DNA of 51,634 nt from a virus (IMGVR_UViG_3300037851_000307:1-51634), one strand, 5' to 3'; counted from the stretch's first letter, positions 12,501 to 22,096 are shown. Translations and numbers: made by a program. Notes: generated from the letters alone by a model not told the origin.

Positions 12501-14091
12501 ATCACATGCTGCTCCAATTGAAATTGTGCAAATTTCTGTAACAGGTGGCCTAGCTACAGCAACAACATCTGGCCCACATACGTTGGATGTTGGTAATGTC
12601 TTTTCTCTAAAAGAAAGCGATGTTGTCCCAACTGTTCCTGGTTCTGGAGATGGCACCGTAATATCAGTGTTAAGTTTTAACCAATTTACTTTTGCAACAT
12701 CTACCCCTAACGGTACGTATTTAGGTGGAAACATATTAGAAACTGGTAAACAAAATACAAGATATCAAATTGAATCTCTTGGTTTCAATAACATGATGAG
12801 ATTGAAGTACGTTGATGGAACGGCACCACAATTCTTAGACAATGGTGTAGCAGTTGATGATCTATTGATTATCGGTGGCAATACCTTTAAGAGCAACAAT
12901 GCAGGTTCTTTTAGAATTAGAGCTGTAGACAATACATCTTTAATATTTGAAAATGCTAATGCTAAAGCTCAATTAAACACTGACAACATTGCTTTCAATA
13001 ACAACAATGTTTCTGTAAATTGGGTTTCAAGCAGTGATCAGATTACTAGCTCTGCGGGATCATTTGAAAATCTAGCGATTGGTGATTCTGTTAAAAAAGA
13101 AGAGGATTCTGATTTATTGTATTGTCAAGTGTTAGGCTTCAATACAGGTTTCCCAGAAACTGCAACTATAGTATATCTAAACACAACATATCAAGGCACA
13201 ACTGGATCATCTATAGGTATTAAATACGATCAATTAAATGACGTAGACAAAGGCGTTTACTTAAAAAACATTGAAGATATCACTATCTTAGAAGGTGATT
13301 CTGCTAGATCATCCGATACTCTTTTTGTTTCATCTGTAGCGAACCCTAACTGGTTCAACGTGAACAATACAGGCACTTTTGTGATTCAAGCAGTGGGTAC
13401 AAGTAGCGACTATAGACCATTCTTAAGAGTTCAAAATGAAGTTGGTGTAGCTGAAACAAACAGACAGATGTCAATAGATCCTTTGGGTCTTAAGATAATT
13501 GAAAGCGAAGACAATAAGTTTAGCTCTATTAGAGTAATAGAGCACATTGCCATAGATGAGTTCAATGATCAAAGAAGAGTGATTTACTCTACTCCAGCTG
13601 ATAGAGCTTATAAGTTTTCTCAGTCAAATAAAACTGTTGTCTCTTCTGTTGGTAAACTTGGGTACAACACAGATGTAACTACAGGTATAGATGGTTATCT
13701 ATACTACACTGGCTTAATGCGCACTGTTCAAAGAATAGTTGATGGATTTGAACCAGATCCAGAAACATATCCAGGTCGTAGAGCAATCGGTGGTGTAATC
13801 GAGTTACTTCCACCATTGATCAGACGCGTAGAGATATCTGTAGATGTTACTACTAATGAAGGAGTTAATTTAGGTGAAATCACTAATGAAATCAAGTCAG
13901 TGATCATCAACTATATTAAAGGATTAGGTGTAGGTGAAGATGTCATCCTATCTCAGATAATTGCAAAAGTAATGTCTGTAAGAGGTGTAGCAGCAATCAC
14001 ATTCAACAGTCCTTCACCAGATACTGAAAGAATTGCGATAGCAGACATAGAGAAAGCATTTATTGAAGCAAAAGATATAAGTATAGCATAA
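6583..14091 (+). CDS. Giant Baseplate-J (gp6-like) wedge protein, ~2502 aa
   Basis: N-terminal J motifs (LDARAADFGLTRKAAVKASG, G..GNAG, NGRDVETDDELRNRI, RGTK.AI) and C-terminal J domain (EIKSVIINYIKGLGVGEDVILSQIIAKVMSVRGV). ATG at 6583 is preferred over TTG at 6562. Confidence 0.85.
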   Translation: MAVTLKTYNEIVGSLARKIIANSPLNDINTGSVLLQLLEAVAANDYENNTAILTVLELLNIDATRNNDLDARAADFGLTRKAAVKASGFITISDSNISKRSTGLYPVKQPPIAGATVINVNNAAAWSNTGQLYIGRGTPSFEGPIPYTSIVNNTTFYTINLGSALQKDHLISDIVIDGQGTNDRLIAAGTIVKIPANNQNPEIEYVTLRDAVIPAGEDSVVNVEVVARIAGASGNAGINGISTFGSLPFTGATVTNTTAFTNGRDVETDDELRNRIKSFAQTLARGTKPAILNAIDGVSDPDDNKQVASAVITEPVKIGDPSIIYLDDGNGLQPSYTGQSVDELLADANGDEELLQLANFPIPRPQVVNAAEGPYELQDGMYLRVTVDDEEETVFFFASQFTNISAATLPEIVTVINDNSTIFKARLDKNSTRLLVYPTAFDAEIIQVSPIRTSESADLFANSVLKFPTNEYSYIKLYQNNVLLKEKQKSATLLTNPFNTWNVNATSNIIISVDGTPSQDREFSTTDFGGASFASLTLEDWVAVFNTKFAGLQAEALSSGVMRITSNKSGAESQIDVLGGSLLTKWFADLPTEAQGQTSDFALNRQNGNIRILRDIAPGDDFTAGSEDTKGAIYSKETTTGTYNVSSDSNSRPSELVIVADAKSVVPRVISLPIGATIDIQDMGSGVMRITSSSLSTFKQVFATGNDYVYITNRGDIDGTGGGTWADIASCGLFKVITKGEHTTAGSDSYIEVTNANIVPGTYTVQSSDDIQAFYSDAYPQIWKGTFVDNPPLEPIQGIVDSINENISNVIASIWKTNSIKLTSITENEGSIAVPVSVGNATLLFDSNQGQQVGNTSHVANREADKDAVTYFKRTTPSTANVWLDRSTYTDLKGTLSNDAIPGIKNVDSFSEIIESPVLTDSNLSHDDIVSFTKGNNKGLYRSIKQILSGDRVGTQFDKTATSLDHIANYDEVQILESLKFSGDDSMVVVLDNDSVTKTIDIPMFRRGRVNSGSQSLSFLPTQLAFSANDVDNEVGVDFGTPQSWSTTLNKTDFKDYKVLFRAHNWYVTGGVGSGLGGQMLVRAAQYGPVGENIKFAIDYPTLPSKTNSIVYTNTPTTTTVKYLFGSGTARTANIIPGTTFDVTDLGSDLFRWTFSPGVDFSTVLVGDVVSSLDDSGVSVSNRGQFRVEAVNAVARTIDVYNPNGSPTIVGQPEITTVTTVGDVVGSPAVNDVTTVADIAGSLDGTYFILRDNAGTVAFWYDVDDNGTAEPLHGASRSVKISTVVTGDSANDVASKTAAVIGVDPEFSATVALNVVTVTNLGNGLLLAGNAGTSGFTVTQTSPGVNDNSLDNKYFILQDDLGSVAFWYDVDNNGTPEPLHGADRSVAITTVVTGDSANTVASKTQVVVNADLKFNATVLGNVVTVTDVSNGNRPTPLAGTSGFTLSTTQNGSDGIPETILISTSFNIYPLLNTTVNDITTLVNDENDMLKLVAVGSTAAIIDRATRQENYVPAGPGDYSASLSYGHDPDPTSGLNEYVSLYDSESWILGFSNANPNFTLKKELLLTNVAPSVYAMDTCPNDDSVDLGEMFKLVPTTLTNVYHHLTQKALSQLPIVSNVGISSNIRSVQIKSNLLGSVGAVEIVGGRANSASFDVINESQKVSELGIDYLETKIKSFPDTLNKGDIIKLENATGVDRLNRLSAADSIDVVQVSGDTLEYRFNAKQTFLNQFVKFSIADVSATYGRPAGMVWRWTHNDSGSLFIITDKTSGVPGSLPNDEIAAGGSDAAALERVLLSNGSLTPQSFQLTVDSLPTQGDYFTFRSASGATFAVWFGIDGNVTAPTGASYVAATNKILVAILSTDTENQIVSKLATTLSADSNFTAEFESFQQQGADLTDVNEGDLLYAFGTLTGWSSGNKSGQTGDEAVAGFPIIAVNVASRYVDVVNNLGSAMASTQVGSGTVQITPSPIIKWNLSHAAPIEIVQISVTGGLATATTSGPHTLDVGNVFSLKESDVVPTVPGSGDGTVISVLSFNQFTFATSTPNGTYLGGNILETGKQNTRYQIESLGFNNMMRLKYVDGTAPQFLDNGVAVDDLLIIGGNTFKSNNAGSFRIRAVDNTSLIFENANAKAQLNTDNIAFNNNNVSVNWVSSSDQITSSAGSFENLAIGDSVKKEEDSDLLYCQVLGFNTGFPETATIVYLNTTYQGTTGSSIGIKYDQLNDVDKGVYLKNIEDITILEGDSARSSDTLFVSSVANPNWFNVNNTGTFVIQAVGTSSDYRPFLRVQNEVGVAETNRQMSIDPLGLKIIESEDNKFSSIRVIEHIAIDEFNDQRRVIYSTPADRAYKFSQSNKTVVSSVGKLGYNTDVTTGIDGYLYYTGLMRTVQRIVDGFEPDPETYPGRRAIGGVIELLPPLIRRVEISVDVTTNEGVNLGEITNEIKSVIINYIKGLGVGEDVILSQIIAKVMSVRGVAAITFNSPSPDTERIAIADIEKAFIEAKDISIA
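10309..10923 (+). repeat. Tandem ~107-aa domain duplication inside Baseplate-J (321-nt offset)
   Basis: LDGTYFIL..VAFWYDVDDNGTAEPLHGA..VVTGDSANDVASKT vs LDNKYFIL..VAFWYDVDNNGTPEPLHGA..VVTGDSANTVASKT. A third, diverged copy lies at ~12013-12234. Confidence 0.9.
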
Positions 14092-14098
14092 GGAAACA

Positions 14099-16240
14099 AT
14101 GGCTAATCAAAAGTCAAAAACAGACAGACTGCACGATCAATTATCAGCCTTTTTTAAAACTAGGGACAACCCTAATTGGAAAGCAATAATTGAAGCCATT
14201 GGTGAACAAGATCAGTTTACAGCTGACTTAATTGAAGAAGTCAGAAAACAGTTCTTTGTTAAGACTGCTTCTCGCCCATACCTTGATCGTTTAGGTGCTA
14301 ACTCTAGAGTAGATAGACCTCGCTTTATAGGAATGGATGATCCTACATTTAGAAACTATATTCCTGTTTTAGCATATCAACCAAAGCAAGTAAAACTTAT
14401 TATAGATAGCTTATTAGATATCTTCTTTTTTAAAGAATCTACGACAGCATATATAGAAACCAATGAGTTTTCTCCATATAATTTAGAAGATGGCTGGGAA
14501 TTAGAGATCACTGTAGATTCTTACAAAAATGAAAGAATTCAATTTAATGAAGATGATTTTACTGATATTCATGCTATAACAGCAGAAGAACTAGTTGCTG
14601 CAATCAATCGACAAGCAAAACACTGCTTTGCGGTAGTTTTCAACAATTCAGTAACTAAACAAAAGAGCATTAGACTATTCACCAACACAATAGGATCTAA
14701 AGGATCACTTGAAGTTATTGGCGGTAGAGCTAACATTGGTTTAAGATTTGACGGCTTCATAGAAGACGCTGGAGATGGCAATAACACAGAATGGACCGTT
14801 ACAAAAGTTGGTGATTTAATTACTTTTGAGCATACGGCTGGCAATTCACCAGGCATACAGTTTATTAAAGCTGGAGATATATTTATTAGCGATATCGGTG
14901 ACAACATTGGATCTTTCGTGATTGAAAGTGTTGTTATAAATGAAAACAAATTTAGTTTCAGAAATCTGTTTGGTACTCCAGGTGTATATACACAAGTATC
15001 TGACAGAGAGTCTAAGTTCATCAGACCAATTAAAGCTGTAGCATACAAGAACAAAAGAAGAGCATTAAGCTGGGAAGTTAAACCTGGCGAAATCATAGTA
15101 GAAATGCCTACATCTCCTCCTGTAGTAAGAAGATCTTTAAGTGGATCTATGCACATTAATGGATTAGAGGGATTGATGACTGGGAGAGTTGGGGATACTC
15201 AACTTATATTAGAAGATGCATCGAGTTGGCCAACTGCAGGCTCGTTCGTTATAGAGCCCAAAAACGAAATACAAACTAAAATTGTAACAATATCTGAAAA
15301 CACGACTACAACTAAAATAGTTTCAGGGCGTCTAATAGGCTTTGAACAAAAGTATACTTATAGTGGCAAATCAGGCAACACATTGCTAAATGTAAGTCCT
15401 AACTTGCCGGCACAAGCTCAACTTAATGAATTTAATGTTGTTTCTGTAGCTAGAGATGCTAACAATATAATAACTGTTAACACTGCGACTAATCACAATT
15501 TTTTAGTTGGTGAAAGTGCTATTATTAGTGGAACTACTCCAACAGTAGATGTAAATCCTGCTTTAAACTTAGATATATCAGTTAATGGAACGTGGGTGAT
15601 TACTGAGATAGTGAGTGGTACCTCATTTAAAGCAAAGTGTTTTGGAGATGAGGGGACAGCAACTGGTGGAACAGTTAGAGTTGAAAGAATTGGAATGGCC
15701 GCAAGCGAGTCTAAAGTGATATTGACAGATTCCATAGATGCAGAAATTACTGGCATAAAAGGGCCATATATATGGGATTTATCGGCACCTTTTGTATTAT
15801 CATCATATACGGGTCCACTTGCACAAGAAATCAAAGCAGGACAAATCTTAAAGACAATAGACCTAGGGACTAATAACTTACAGCCTGAAGGTGGAAATTT
15901 AATCTTTGATTACGGCACAGAAAAGCAAGAAGGACCAGTTAAGTACTTATTTAAACCCTCTGACAATACCATAACTATCGATCCAGCTTATGTGTTTCAG
16001 TATGATCACGATTTAAACAGCGCAGTAACAGCAATACGACGTAAAGGGCCACATCAATTAAGAGGAGATGGCTCAGAATATGCACCTTACATCACTGATC
16101 CTTCTGTGGCTAGAGAAATACTACAAGATTTAATTTTGCAAGTTAAATCTGTGGGTATCTTTGTTGAGTTCTTAGTGAGATACCCAGAACAACTGTACGC
16201 AACTATAGATGTCTATAGATCTGGGCAAGACCCTGGTTAA
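14099..16240 (+). CDS. Baseplate wedge partner (gp7/P2 gpI-like) with inserted beta domains, 713 aa
   Basis: Follows Baseplate-J. N-terminal YLDRLGANSRV.RP..MDDPTFRNYI resembles gpI-type wedge proteins. Contains an internal small beta-barrel module (TATNHNFLVGESAIISG..NGTWVITEI). Confidence 0.6.
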   Translation: MANQKSKTDRLHDQLSAFFKTRDNPNWKAIIEAIGEQDQFTADLIEEVRKQFFVKTASRPYLDRLGANSRVDRPRFIGMDDPTFRNYIPVLAYQPKQVKLIIDSLLDIFFFKESTTAYIETNEFSPYNLEDGWELEITVDSYKNERIQFNEDDFTDIHAITAEELVAAINRQAKHCFAVVFNNSVTKQKSIRLFTNTIGSKGSLEVIGGRANIGLRFDGFIEDAGDGNNTEWTVTKVGDLITFEHTAGNSPGIQFIKAGDIFISDIGDNIGSFVIESVVINENKFSFRNLFGTPGVYTQVSDRESKFIRPIKAVAYKNKRRALSWEVKPGEIIVEMPTSPPVVRRSLSGSMHINGLEGLMTGRVGDTQLILEDASSWPTAGSFVIEPKNEIQTKIVTISENTTTTKIVSGRLIGFEQKYTYSGKSGNTLLNVSPNLPAQAQLNEFNVVSVARDANNIITVNTATNHNFLVGESAIISGTTPTVDVNPALNLDISVNGTWVITEIVSGTSFKAKCFGDEGTATGGTVRVERIGMAASESKVILTDSIDAEITGIKGPYIWDLSAPFVLSSYTGPLAQEIKAGQILKTIDLGTNNLQPEGGNLIFDYGTEKQEGPVKYLFKPSDNTITIDPAYVFQYDHDLNSAVTAIRRKGPHQLRGDGSEYAPYITDPSVAREILQDLILQVKSVGIFVEFLVRYPEQLYATIDVYRSGQDPG

Positions 16241-16255
16241 TCGACTCTTGTTGAG

Positions 16256-16262
16256 GTATAAT
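16256..16262 (+). promoter_or_regulatory. -10 element (G-TATAAT) ahead of a leadered gene at 16286
   Basis: Intergenic; same motif as the other sites. Confidence 0.55.
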
Positions 16263-16285
16263 TTAAGAGATATTAGGAGTTTAGA

Positions 16286-19200
16286 ATGGCAGTATTAGGT
16301 CGCTTACTTATAGCAGGCGCAGAAAGAGTAGACTTACCGGATTTATTAAGCATCGATTCATTTGTTGCCGGTGACTTTAAATTTCTTTTAAAAGGTTTAG
16401 TTGGTGATACCAAACCCCTGATATTAAATGGCTTTGATGTCATTAATCCAAATGATGCCATTGGTACGCAGAGCATCTCAATTAGAGTTGCTGACTCCGT
16501 AGTTCTATACCCTGGCTCTAACGCTGGTCCGTTTTTTCACGGTTTACCAGAAGGCAACCAATTTGCACTACCAGTGGTGCCAGAACTTAGAAAAAATGCA
16601 GTCAACTATGTTTACTTAACACTTTCTACGTTTGATACTGCACAGGACACTAGAGCATTCTGGGATCCAGATTTAGATGGCGGTGTGGGTGGTGAATTCA
16701 CCCAAGACATCAATACACAATCTGCTTTAAAAGTAGAAGTTAACGTTTCTACGTCTTCTTTTCCCGCTAATACTGTTCCTGTTTGTATAGTTACAGTAGG
16801 TCCTGCAGTTATTGAGGATATTGAAGATGCACGTAACTTAATGTATCGTTTAGGTTCTGGTGGATTAAATCCAGATCCTTTTAGTAGATTCAATTTTGCA
16901 TCTGAACCTTCAAGCACATACCAACGATCTGAACCTCCTACAAAAATGTCTTCCGCGCTTGATCCTAATGCGTTTCAAGGTGGAGACAAGAACATCAAAT
17001 CTTTAAAAGATTGGATGGATGTGGTTATGACCAAGTTGGCAGAACTTGGTGGAACTACATACTGGTATGAAGAAGCCGCTGCATTAAGTTTATCAGATTT
17101 ATTTATAGATGCTTTAGGTAGTACACACGTATCAAAAGGTCAATGGTCACATAGTAGCGCTACTGCTGGTCAATTGACGTGGACAGAAGATATTCAAATT
17201 AAAAACATCGCTGACAACAGAGATGTAATAATCAGAAGCGGCTCTAAGACATTACAAAATGAAGAAGTAATGTACGTACAGTTAGTTCGCGATGGTGATT
17301 TTAACGGTGGAAGTCAACCAGTTGATTGGTTCAATGGATTAAATTTTGCCAATGGTTTAGTTGGTTCATTTGCTAACTTAGTTAAAGGTGACTGGGTTAA
17401 GAAAAAAGGTGATCCCAATAATTACAATGTAAGAGTAGAAGAGTTTTATGCAAATACTAACTTAACAGGCGGTGTCACAACTCCAGCTCTTGCAAGATCT
17501 ATTAAGTTAAGTTCAAATTATTCTGGATTAACAGAATCTAAATTAGGATCTAGAACGCAAGGCGTTTACACGTCAGCTCAAGTTGTATTAGCAAATAGAT
17601 TTGATGGTACACTAAATGATCTTGGTGGAGACCTACATTGGTTAGCATTAAGATCTGACACGATCATGAACATTAGCAGTATATCTACCTCTACGATAAC
17701 AGGTAACATAACTGATTCTGATGGAACGAAAGCAAAATTTACGATGGTTGGCCATGGATTGGTAGATGGTGACTATATTACAATAGCGGGATCTGCTTTC
17801 TACGATGGAACATATAAGGTTGAAGTTGAAAGCGCCGACGTATTCTACATTGCCACTTCAGTAACAAATAACGAAGTAGGTGTAAGTGGTTACATTGCTA
17901 TTGCAACAACTACAACACGATCTACTGCTGATGGCCTACAGTTAGAATCTGCAAGTCATAATTTTTCTGACGACGACACAATAATCATAGACACTTCAAG
18001 CAGCTATGACGGTTCTCATTTAATCAACACAAGAAGTGCCACTACGTTTAGTTTTGCGATTGGATCAGCTTTACCTGTTGTTAACTCTGGTACTGCTACA
18101 TTAGCAAGAATCAACATTAGATCAAACATAGGATTAGATGAGTTAGTCCAAGGTCAAAGTATTGGAATCGGTACTCCTGATTCTAATAACATCATGTCAT
18201 ATATTGGCATGGGTGGAGCTTCTCAAAGTCATCCAACGTATGATCTACCTCTGTCATACAATACTTTATTAGGTACCGCAGACTACAATGGTCTTATAGA
18301 TGACAATCTAACTGTCAGAGTTGCTAAATTAACAGCAATGATGGCAGATAAAGCGCAGGATAAAACAGTTAAGCTTTTATCTTCTGGTATCACATATACG
18401 GTAAATACAACTAATGGTGCTGCTCAAGAAGTTACATTCTTAGCTGCGGGTGCAACATTGACATTAGTTACACCTGGATCTAATGGAAACGCCACAGTTG
18501 CATTGCCTGATACAGCGCCAGGTATTTCTTTATTAGCTAATCAATTAGCGTACGTTTCGATAAACAGAAACAGCACATCTACGCCATCAATAATCGTTAG
18601 TGATATTGTTGATTGCCCAATAGATGAAAACATCTTTGTTATAGCAGTAAGATTAAGTTCAACTGATGTTTATCTATGGGACGGTTCTCTCGCAGGTCCT
18701 AAAGCTATCAACGGTAATGTAAAAGTAATCGGTGGTGGAGTAGTTTCTTGGAACTCTGGAACTGGCAATTTAAGCTTTACAGCTCCGTTCTATCTTGAGA
18801 TGTCCGGTTTAACTTATGCAGATAACACTATCTCAGCGAGTCCAATTAATTTACCAACAAGCTTAGATGTAGCATACGTAATTCCTAATTTATTATCCGG
18901 TGGACCAGCATTAACAGTAAACGTTGGATCTCTATCATCTGTACCTAAAAATGCTGTAATTATAGCAAGAAGAGAAACTAATGATGTAATTGTGGGCTCT
19001 TCTTCAATTAGATTAGCTAATGGTCAATCAGCTTCGCTATATGCTCAAATGTCAAATCAAAACTTGACGTTTATTGGCGCTACTGGTACTGCAGACAGTG
19101 CTCCTTCGTATTCTTCAAGTATCAGAGGTACAGCAGCTCAAAGTTTAACTGCAAGAGCTGGTGTATTAACTGATGCAATTGGTGATTCACAGGAAGATCG

Positions 19201-20962
19201 ATCAGCTTATTTAAGATCAGACAATCCAGTTACATGGACAGGATCTCAATTACAATTTAGTACAGATATAGTATTAGAAATTATAAATACTAAATCTGGA
19301 ACATTAAAGGCAGCTACAATTCAGGTAGCTAGCAGCCCAATTTCATTAGCAGACAATGAATCAGCGTGGGTTTTAATCGATAGAACTCTTGCTTCAGAAA
19401 ACTTAACTATAAATTTAAGTGGAACTACTCCAATTCCCGCACAAACTCAAGCAAATAAAGATGTAATCGTTATTGCTCGTAGAAAAGATGCTTTGGGTGC
19501 TGGTTATTTACACTTGCCATTACATAAACAGGTTTTAGAACCTGGTCAAACAGTAAGACTTGGTGCCTCTGGATCTGGTGATGGTGGTGGAAACGAAATA
19601 TTAGAAACATTAAAAAACCATTTCATTGATGGAACATTCGACCTTCTTACGCCTAATATATTTAGAATTGATAAAGATGATAAGGTTGACGGAGCGTCTA
19701 CTGGAGCATATAGTTTAGTAACTAGAACTTTTGAGTTTTCTGGTGCTGGACAAACTATGATATCCACTCAAAGCGCCGACGAAACCGAATTCTTAGCAAA
19801 CACAAACGCTTTGGGTGAAGTTGAGTTGATGGCGTTTTGGAACGAAGACTATATAGATACAGCCGCTACATACGCAGTATCTAGAAATGGTGGAAACGAA
19901 TGGCAAACCGTAACAATGGATCGAGTAGGTTCTACGGAGCTATATCGAGCTATCCATAAGTTTACAGATGAAGCCACAAATCAAAACTTATTTACTCAAT
20001 TAGTTTCTGATACAACTAGAGCATTAACAACCACAAATGACCAAGAACTTTCACAAAGATTTGTGATTCCATCTGGAAGTAAGATGTTGGTTAAAGATTT
20101 AATCGTAGCATTGACTAAAACGGGCGCTCCAACAGGAAATCTATATGTTAGTATTTGTACTGATAGCGTTGGCGATCCTGATACTGTTCTTGTTGAATCA
20201 AATGCTATACCTATGACTAGTTTAGTTACAGGTAACAATACGATTGATCTACCAGATGTCTATTTAGCAGCTGGAACATATCATATTAAGTTTAGAACTG
20301 ACGCAACATATAAAGGTGTGTATTCTGCTGGAGTAACTCAAATAGCTGTACAATCTCAAGCTGTTGGCGTTGCGCCTTTCTTAAGAAGATATAACGGCAC
20401 AGTTTGGTCAAATGCCTCTACAGAGAACTTAACTTATACTTTACGTGGAATAACTATAGATTTAAGATTTAGAGTTACAAGTTCTGCTGGCTCTAAAAAG
20501 CTGGATGGATATGGTATCTTCTATGATAAATCTATTGGAAATATTTCAACTGGAATCTTACAAAGAGAAGTGTTTCACTTTGATGGGACAGCTAACTTAA
20601 ATGAGTTCACGCTTACTAAGTTTATCCCTAATCCTGATTTATTAAAAGTGTATGATGTTACCAGTGGACAAGTTTATACATTTGGAGCTTGGACGCTACA
20701 GGGACAAAAGGTTGTTTTTGAAGTAAATCAATTTAATTCTCCTGGAAATCCAATCACTTTAGTGTTTGATCAAACAACTGGTGGTGCTTTTGATAACAGT
20801 GACTTAAACGGTCTATTGTTAGCAAACAATCATTTAGGAAGCACTGATACTAGTATAGATAAATCAGTTAACGGAAGAGGTATCTTCTTAAGGCGACCAG
20901 ATGGAACTTTAAGAGAAATCTGTATAGATGACTCTGATAACATTGTTGTATATAGTGTGTAG
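16286..20962 (+). CDS. Large tail fibre / baseplate-fibre adaptor, 1558 aa
   Basis: Beta-rich, Thr/Ser/Gly-rich and multi-repeat, located downstream of the wedge genes. AGGAG Shine-Dalgarno. Confidence 0.6.
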   Translation: MAVLGRLLIAGAERVDLPDLLSIDSFVAGDFKFLLKGLVGDTKPLILNGFDVINPNDAIGTQSISIRVADSVVLYPGSNAGPFFHGLPEGNQFALPVVPELRKNAVNYVYLTLSTFDTAQDTRAFWDPDLDGGVGGEFTQDINTQSALKVEVNVSTSSFPANTVPVCIVTVGPAVIEDIEDARNLMYRLGSGGLNPDPFSRFNFASEPSSTYQRSEPPTKMSSALDPNAFQGGDKNIKSLKDWMDVVMTKLAELGGTTYWYEEAAALSLSDLFIDALGSTHVSKGQWSHSSATAGQLTWTEDIQIKNIADNRDVIIRSGSKTLQNEEVMYVQLVRDGDFNGGSQPVDWFNGLNFANGLVGSFANLVKGDWVKKKGDPNNYNVRVEEFYANTNLTGGVTTPALARSIKLSSNYSGLTESKLGSRTQGVYTSAQVVLANRFDGTLNDLGGDLHWLALRSDTIMNISSISTSTITGNITDSDGTKAKFTMVGHGLVDGDYITIAGSAFYDGTYKVEVESADVFYIATSVTNNEVGVSGYIAIATTTTRSTADGLQLESASHNFSDDDTIIIDTSSSYDGSHLINTRSATTFSFAIGSALPVVNSGTATLARINIRSNIGLDELVQGQSIGIGTPDSNNIMSYIGMGGASQSHPTYDLPLSYNTLLGTADYNGLIDDNLTVRVAKLTAMMADKAQDKTVKLLSSGITYTVNTTNGAAQEVTFLAAGATLTLVTPGSNGNATVALPDTAPGISLLANQLAYVSINRNSTSTPSIIVSDIVDCPIDENIFVIAVRLSSTDVYLWDGSLAGPKAINGNVKVIGGGVVSWNSGTGNLSFTAPFYLEMSGLTYADNTISASPINLPTSLDVAYVIPNLLSGGPALTVNVGSLSSVPKNAVIIARRETNDVIVGSSSIRLANGQSASLYAQMSNQNLTFIGATGTADSAPSYSSSIRGTAAQSLTARAGVLTDAIGDSQEDRSAYLRSDNPVTWTGSQLQFSTDIVLEIINTKSGTLKAATIQVASSPISLADNESAWVLIDRTLASENLTINLSGTTPIPAQTQANKDVIVIARRKDALGAGYLHLPLHKQVLEPGQTVRLGASGSGDGGGNEILETLKNHFIDGTFDLLTPNIFRIDKDDKVDGASTGAYSLVTRTFEFSGAGQTMISTQSADETEFLANTNALGEVELMAFWNEDYIDTAATYAVSRNGGNEWQTVTMDRVGSTELYRAIHKFTDEATNQNLFTQLVSDTTRALTTTNDQELSQRFVIPSGSKMLVKDLIVALTKTGAPTGNLYVSICTDSVGDPDTVLVESNAIPMTSLVTGNNTIDLPDVYLAAGTYHIKFRTDATYKGVYSAGVTQIAVQSQAVGVAPFLRRYNGTVWSNASTENLTYTLRGITIDLRFRVTSSAGSKKLDGYGIFYDKSIGNISTGILQREVFHFDGTANLNEFTLTKFIPNPDLLKVYDVTSGQVYTFGAWTLQGQKVVFEVNQFNSPGNPITLVFDQTTGGAFDNSDLNGLLLANNHLGSTDTSIDKSVNGRGIFLRRPDGTLREICIDDSDNIVVYSV

Positions 20963-20969
20963 GTGAATA

Positions 20970-22088
20970 ATGGCTAGAGAATTAGTTAAAGAAATACCAT
21001 CGATTAAGAAAAACTATATATTAAATAGTAATTTTTCTCTTTGGCAGAGATCAACTGCTAATCAGGTTTTTGGTGCAAGTATAAGTTACCATGCGGATCG
21101 TTTTTCGTGGGCAGCAGGAACAATTACTGGGCAAGTAACATCTGAAAAAAGAGCAAAAACAGATTATAGCAATAGTACAATAATTCCTGCAGTATGCGAT
21201 GACATACAAAGATACACAGTATCAACTGCACAAGCAGTTTTATCGGCAGGATCAACTGCCGGTCCTTGGTATAAGCTAGAAGGTTCTGACTTAGAAGATC
21301 TTTTACACAATGGCGGCATACAAAGAGGCATTAACTTATCTTTTTATGTTGCGTCATCTGTAACTGGTACATACACCATTGAATTTATAAATAGCGGTCT
21401 TGACAACAGATACTACACAACATATACAATTAACACTGCTAACACTTGGCAAAGAGTAAGTATTAATTTAACTGCAAGTGAATTAATCACTGGAACAAGT
21501 TCTGGAACGTGGAATTACGCTAATGGAATAGGTCTTTATATTAGATTTTGGTTAGCCTGTGGAACAAGTGCTCAAGGCGGAACGCAAAATCAATGGACTG
21601 GATCAACTCCAAATGTATCTCCAGCTCAGGTTAATTTATTAAGCACACTTTCAAACACGTGGGGAATAACTGGCATAATGTTAACTGATGGAAATGTTGC
21701 GCCAACTTTTGTAACTCGCGGTGAATCATTTGCAGATGAACTAAGATTATGTCAAAGATATTATGAAAAGAGTTACAATGTTGACATAAATCCTGGAACC
21801 AATACGTTCGCGGGTTGTTTTTTGGGGTATTTACCATCTGCCATTACAGCAGGATCTGCTTGGTCTACTAATGTACCATTCAAAGTTCCTAAAAGAGACA
21901 CCCCTTCAGTTTTAACATATTCTATAGGTGGAAGCGTGCAAACGACCTCGATAGGTGGAACGCCCTTAAACACGATTACAAGCCGCACAGGAACTACAGG
22001 GTTCACACCAATAAACAACACTGGCTCAAGTCAAGGTTCATTGGGTATTTCTATAGAAGGACATTTTATAGCAGATGCTGAGCTATAA
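20970..22088 (+). CDS. Tail fibre / receptor-binding protein with carbohydrate-binding-like module, 372 aa
   Basis: Motifs KNYILNSNFSLWQR, LSFYVASSVTGTY, CQRYYEKSY are typical of phage fibre jelly-roll modules. Paralog of 24637-25701. Confidence 0.6.
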   Translation: MARELVKEIPSIKKNYILNSNFSLWQRSTANQVFGASISYHADRFSWAAGTITGQVTSEKRAKTDYSNSTIIPAVCDDIQRYTVSTAQAVLSAGSTAGPWYKLEGSDLEDLLHNGGIQRGINLSFYVASSVTGTYTIEFINSGLDNRYYTTYTINTANTWQRVSINLTASELITGTSSGTWNYANGIGLYIRFWLACGTSAQGGTQNQWTGSTPNVSPAQVNLLSTLSNTWGITGIMLTDGNVAPTFVTRGESFADELRLCQRYYEKSYNVDINPGTNTFAGCFLGYLPSAITAGSAWSTNVPFKVPKRDTPSVLTYSIGGSVQTTSIGGTPLNTITSRTGTTGFTPINNTGSSQGSLGISIEGHFIADAEL

Positions 22089-22096
22089 GGAAGATT

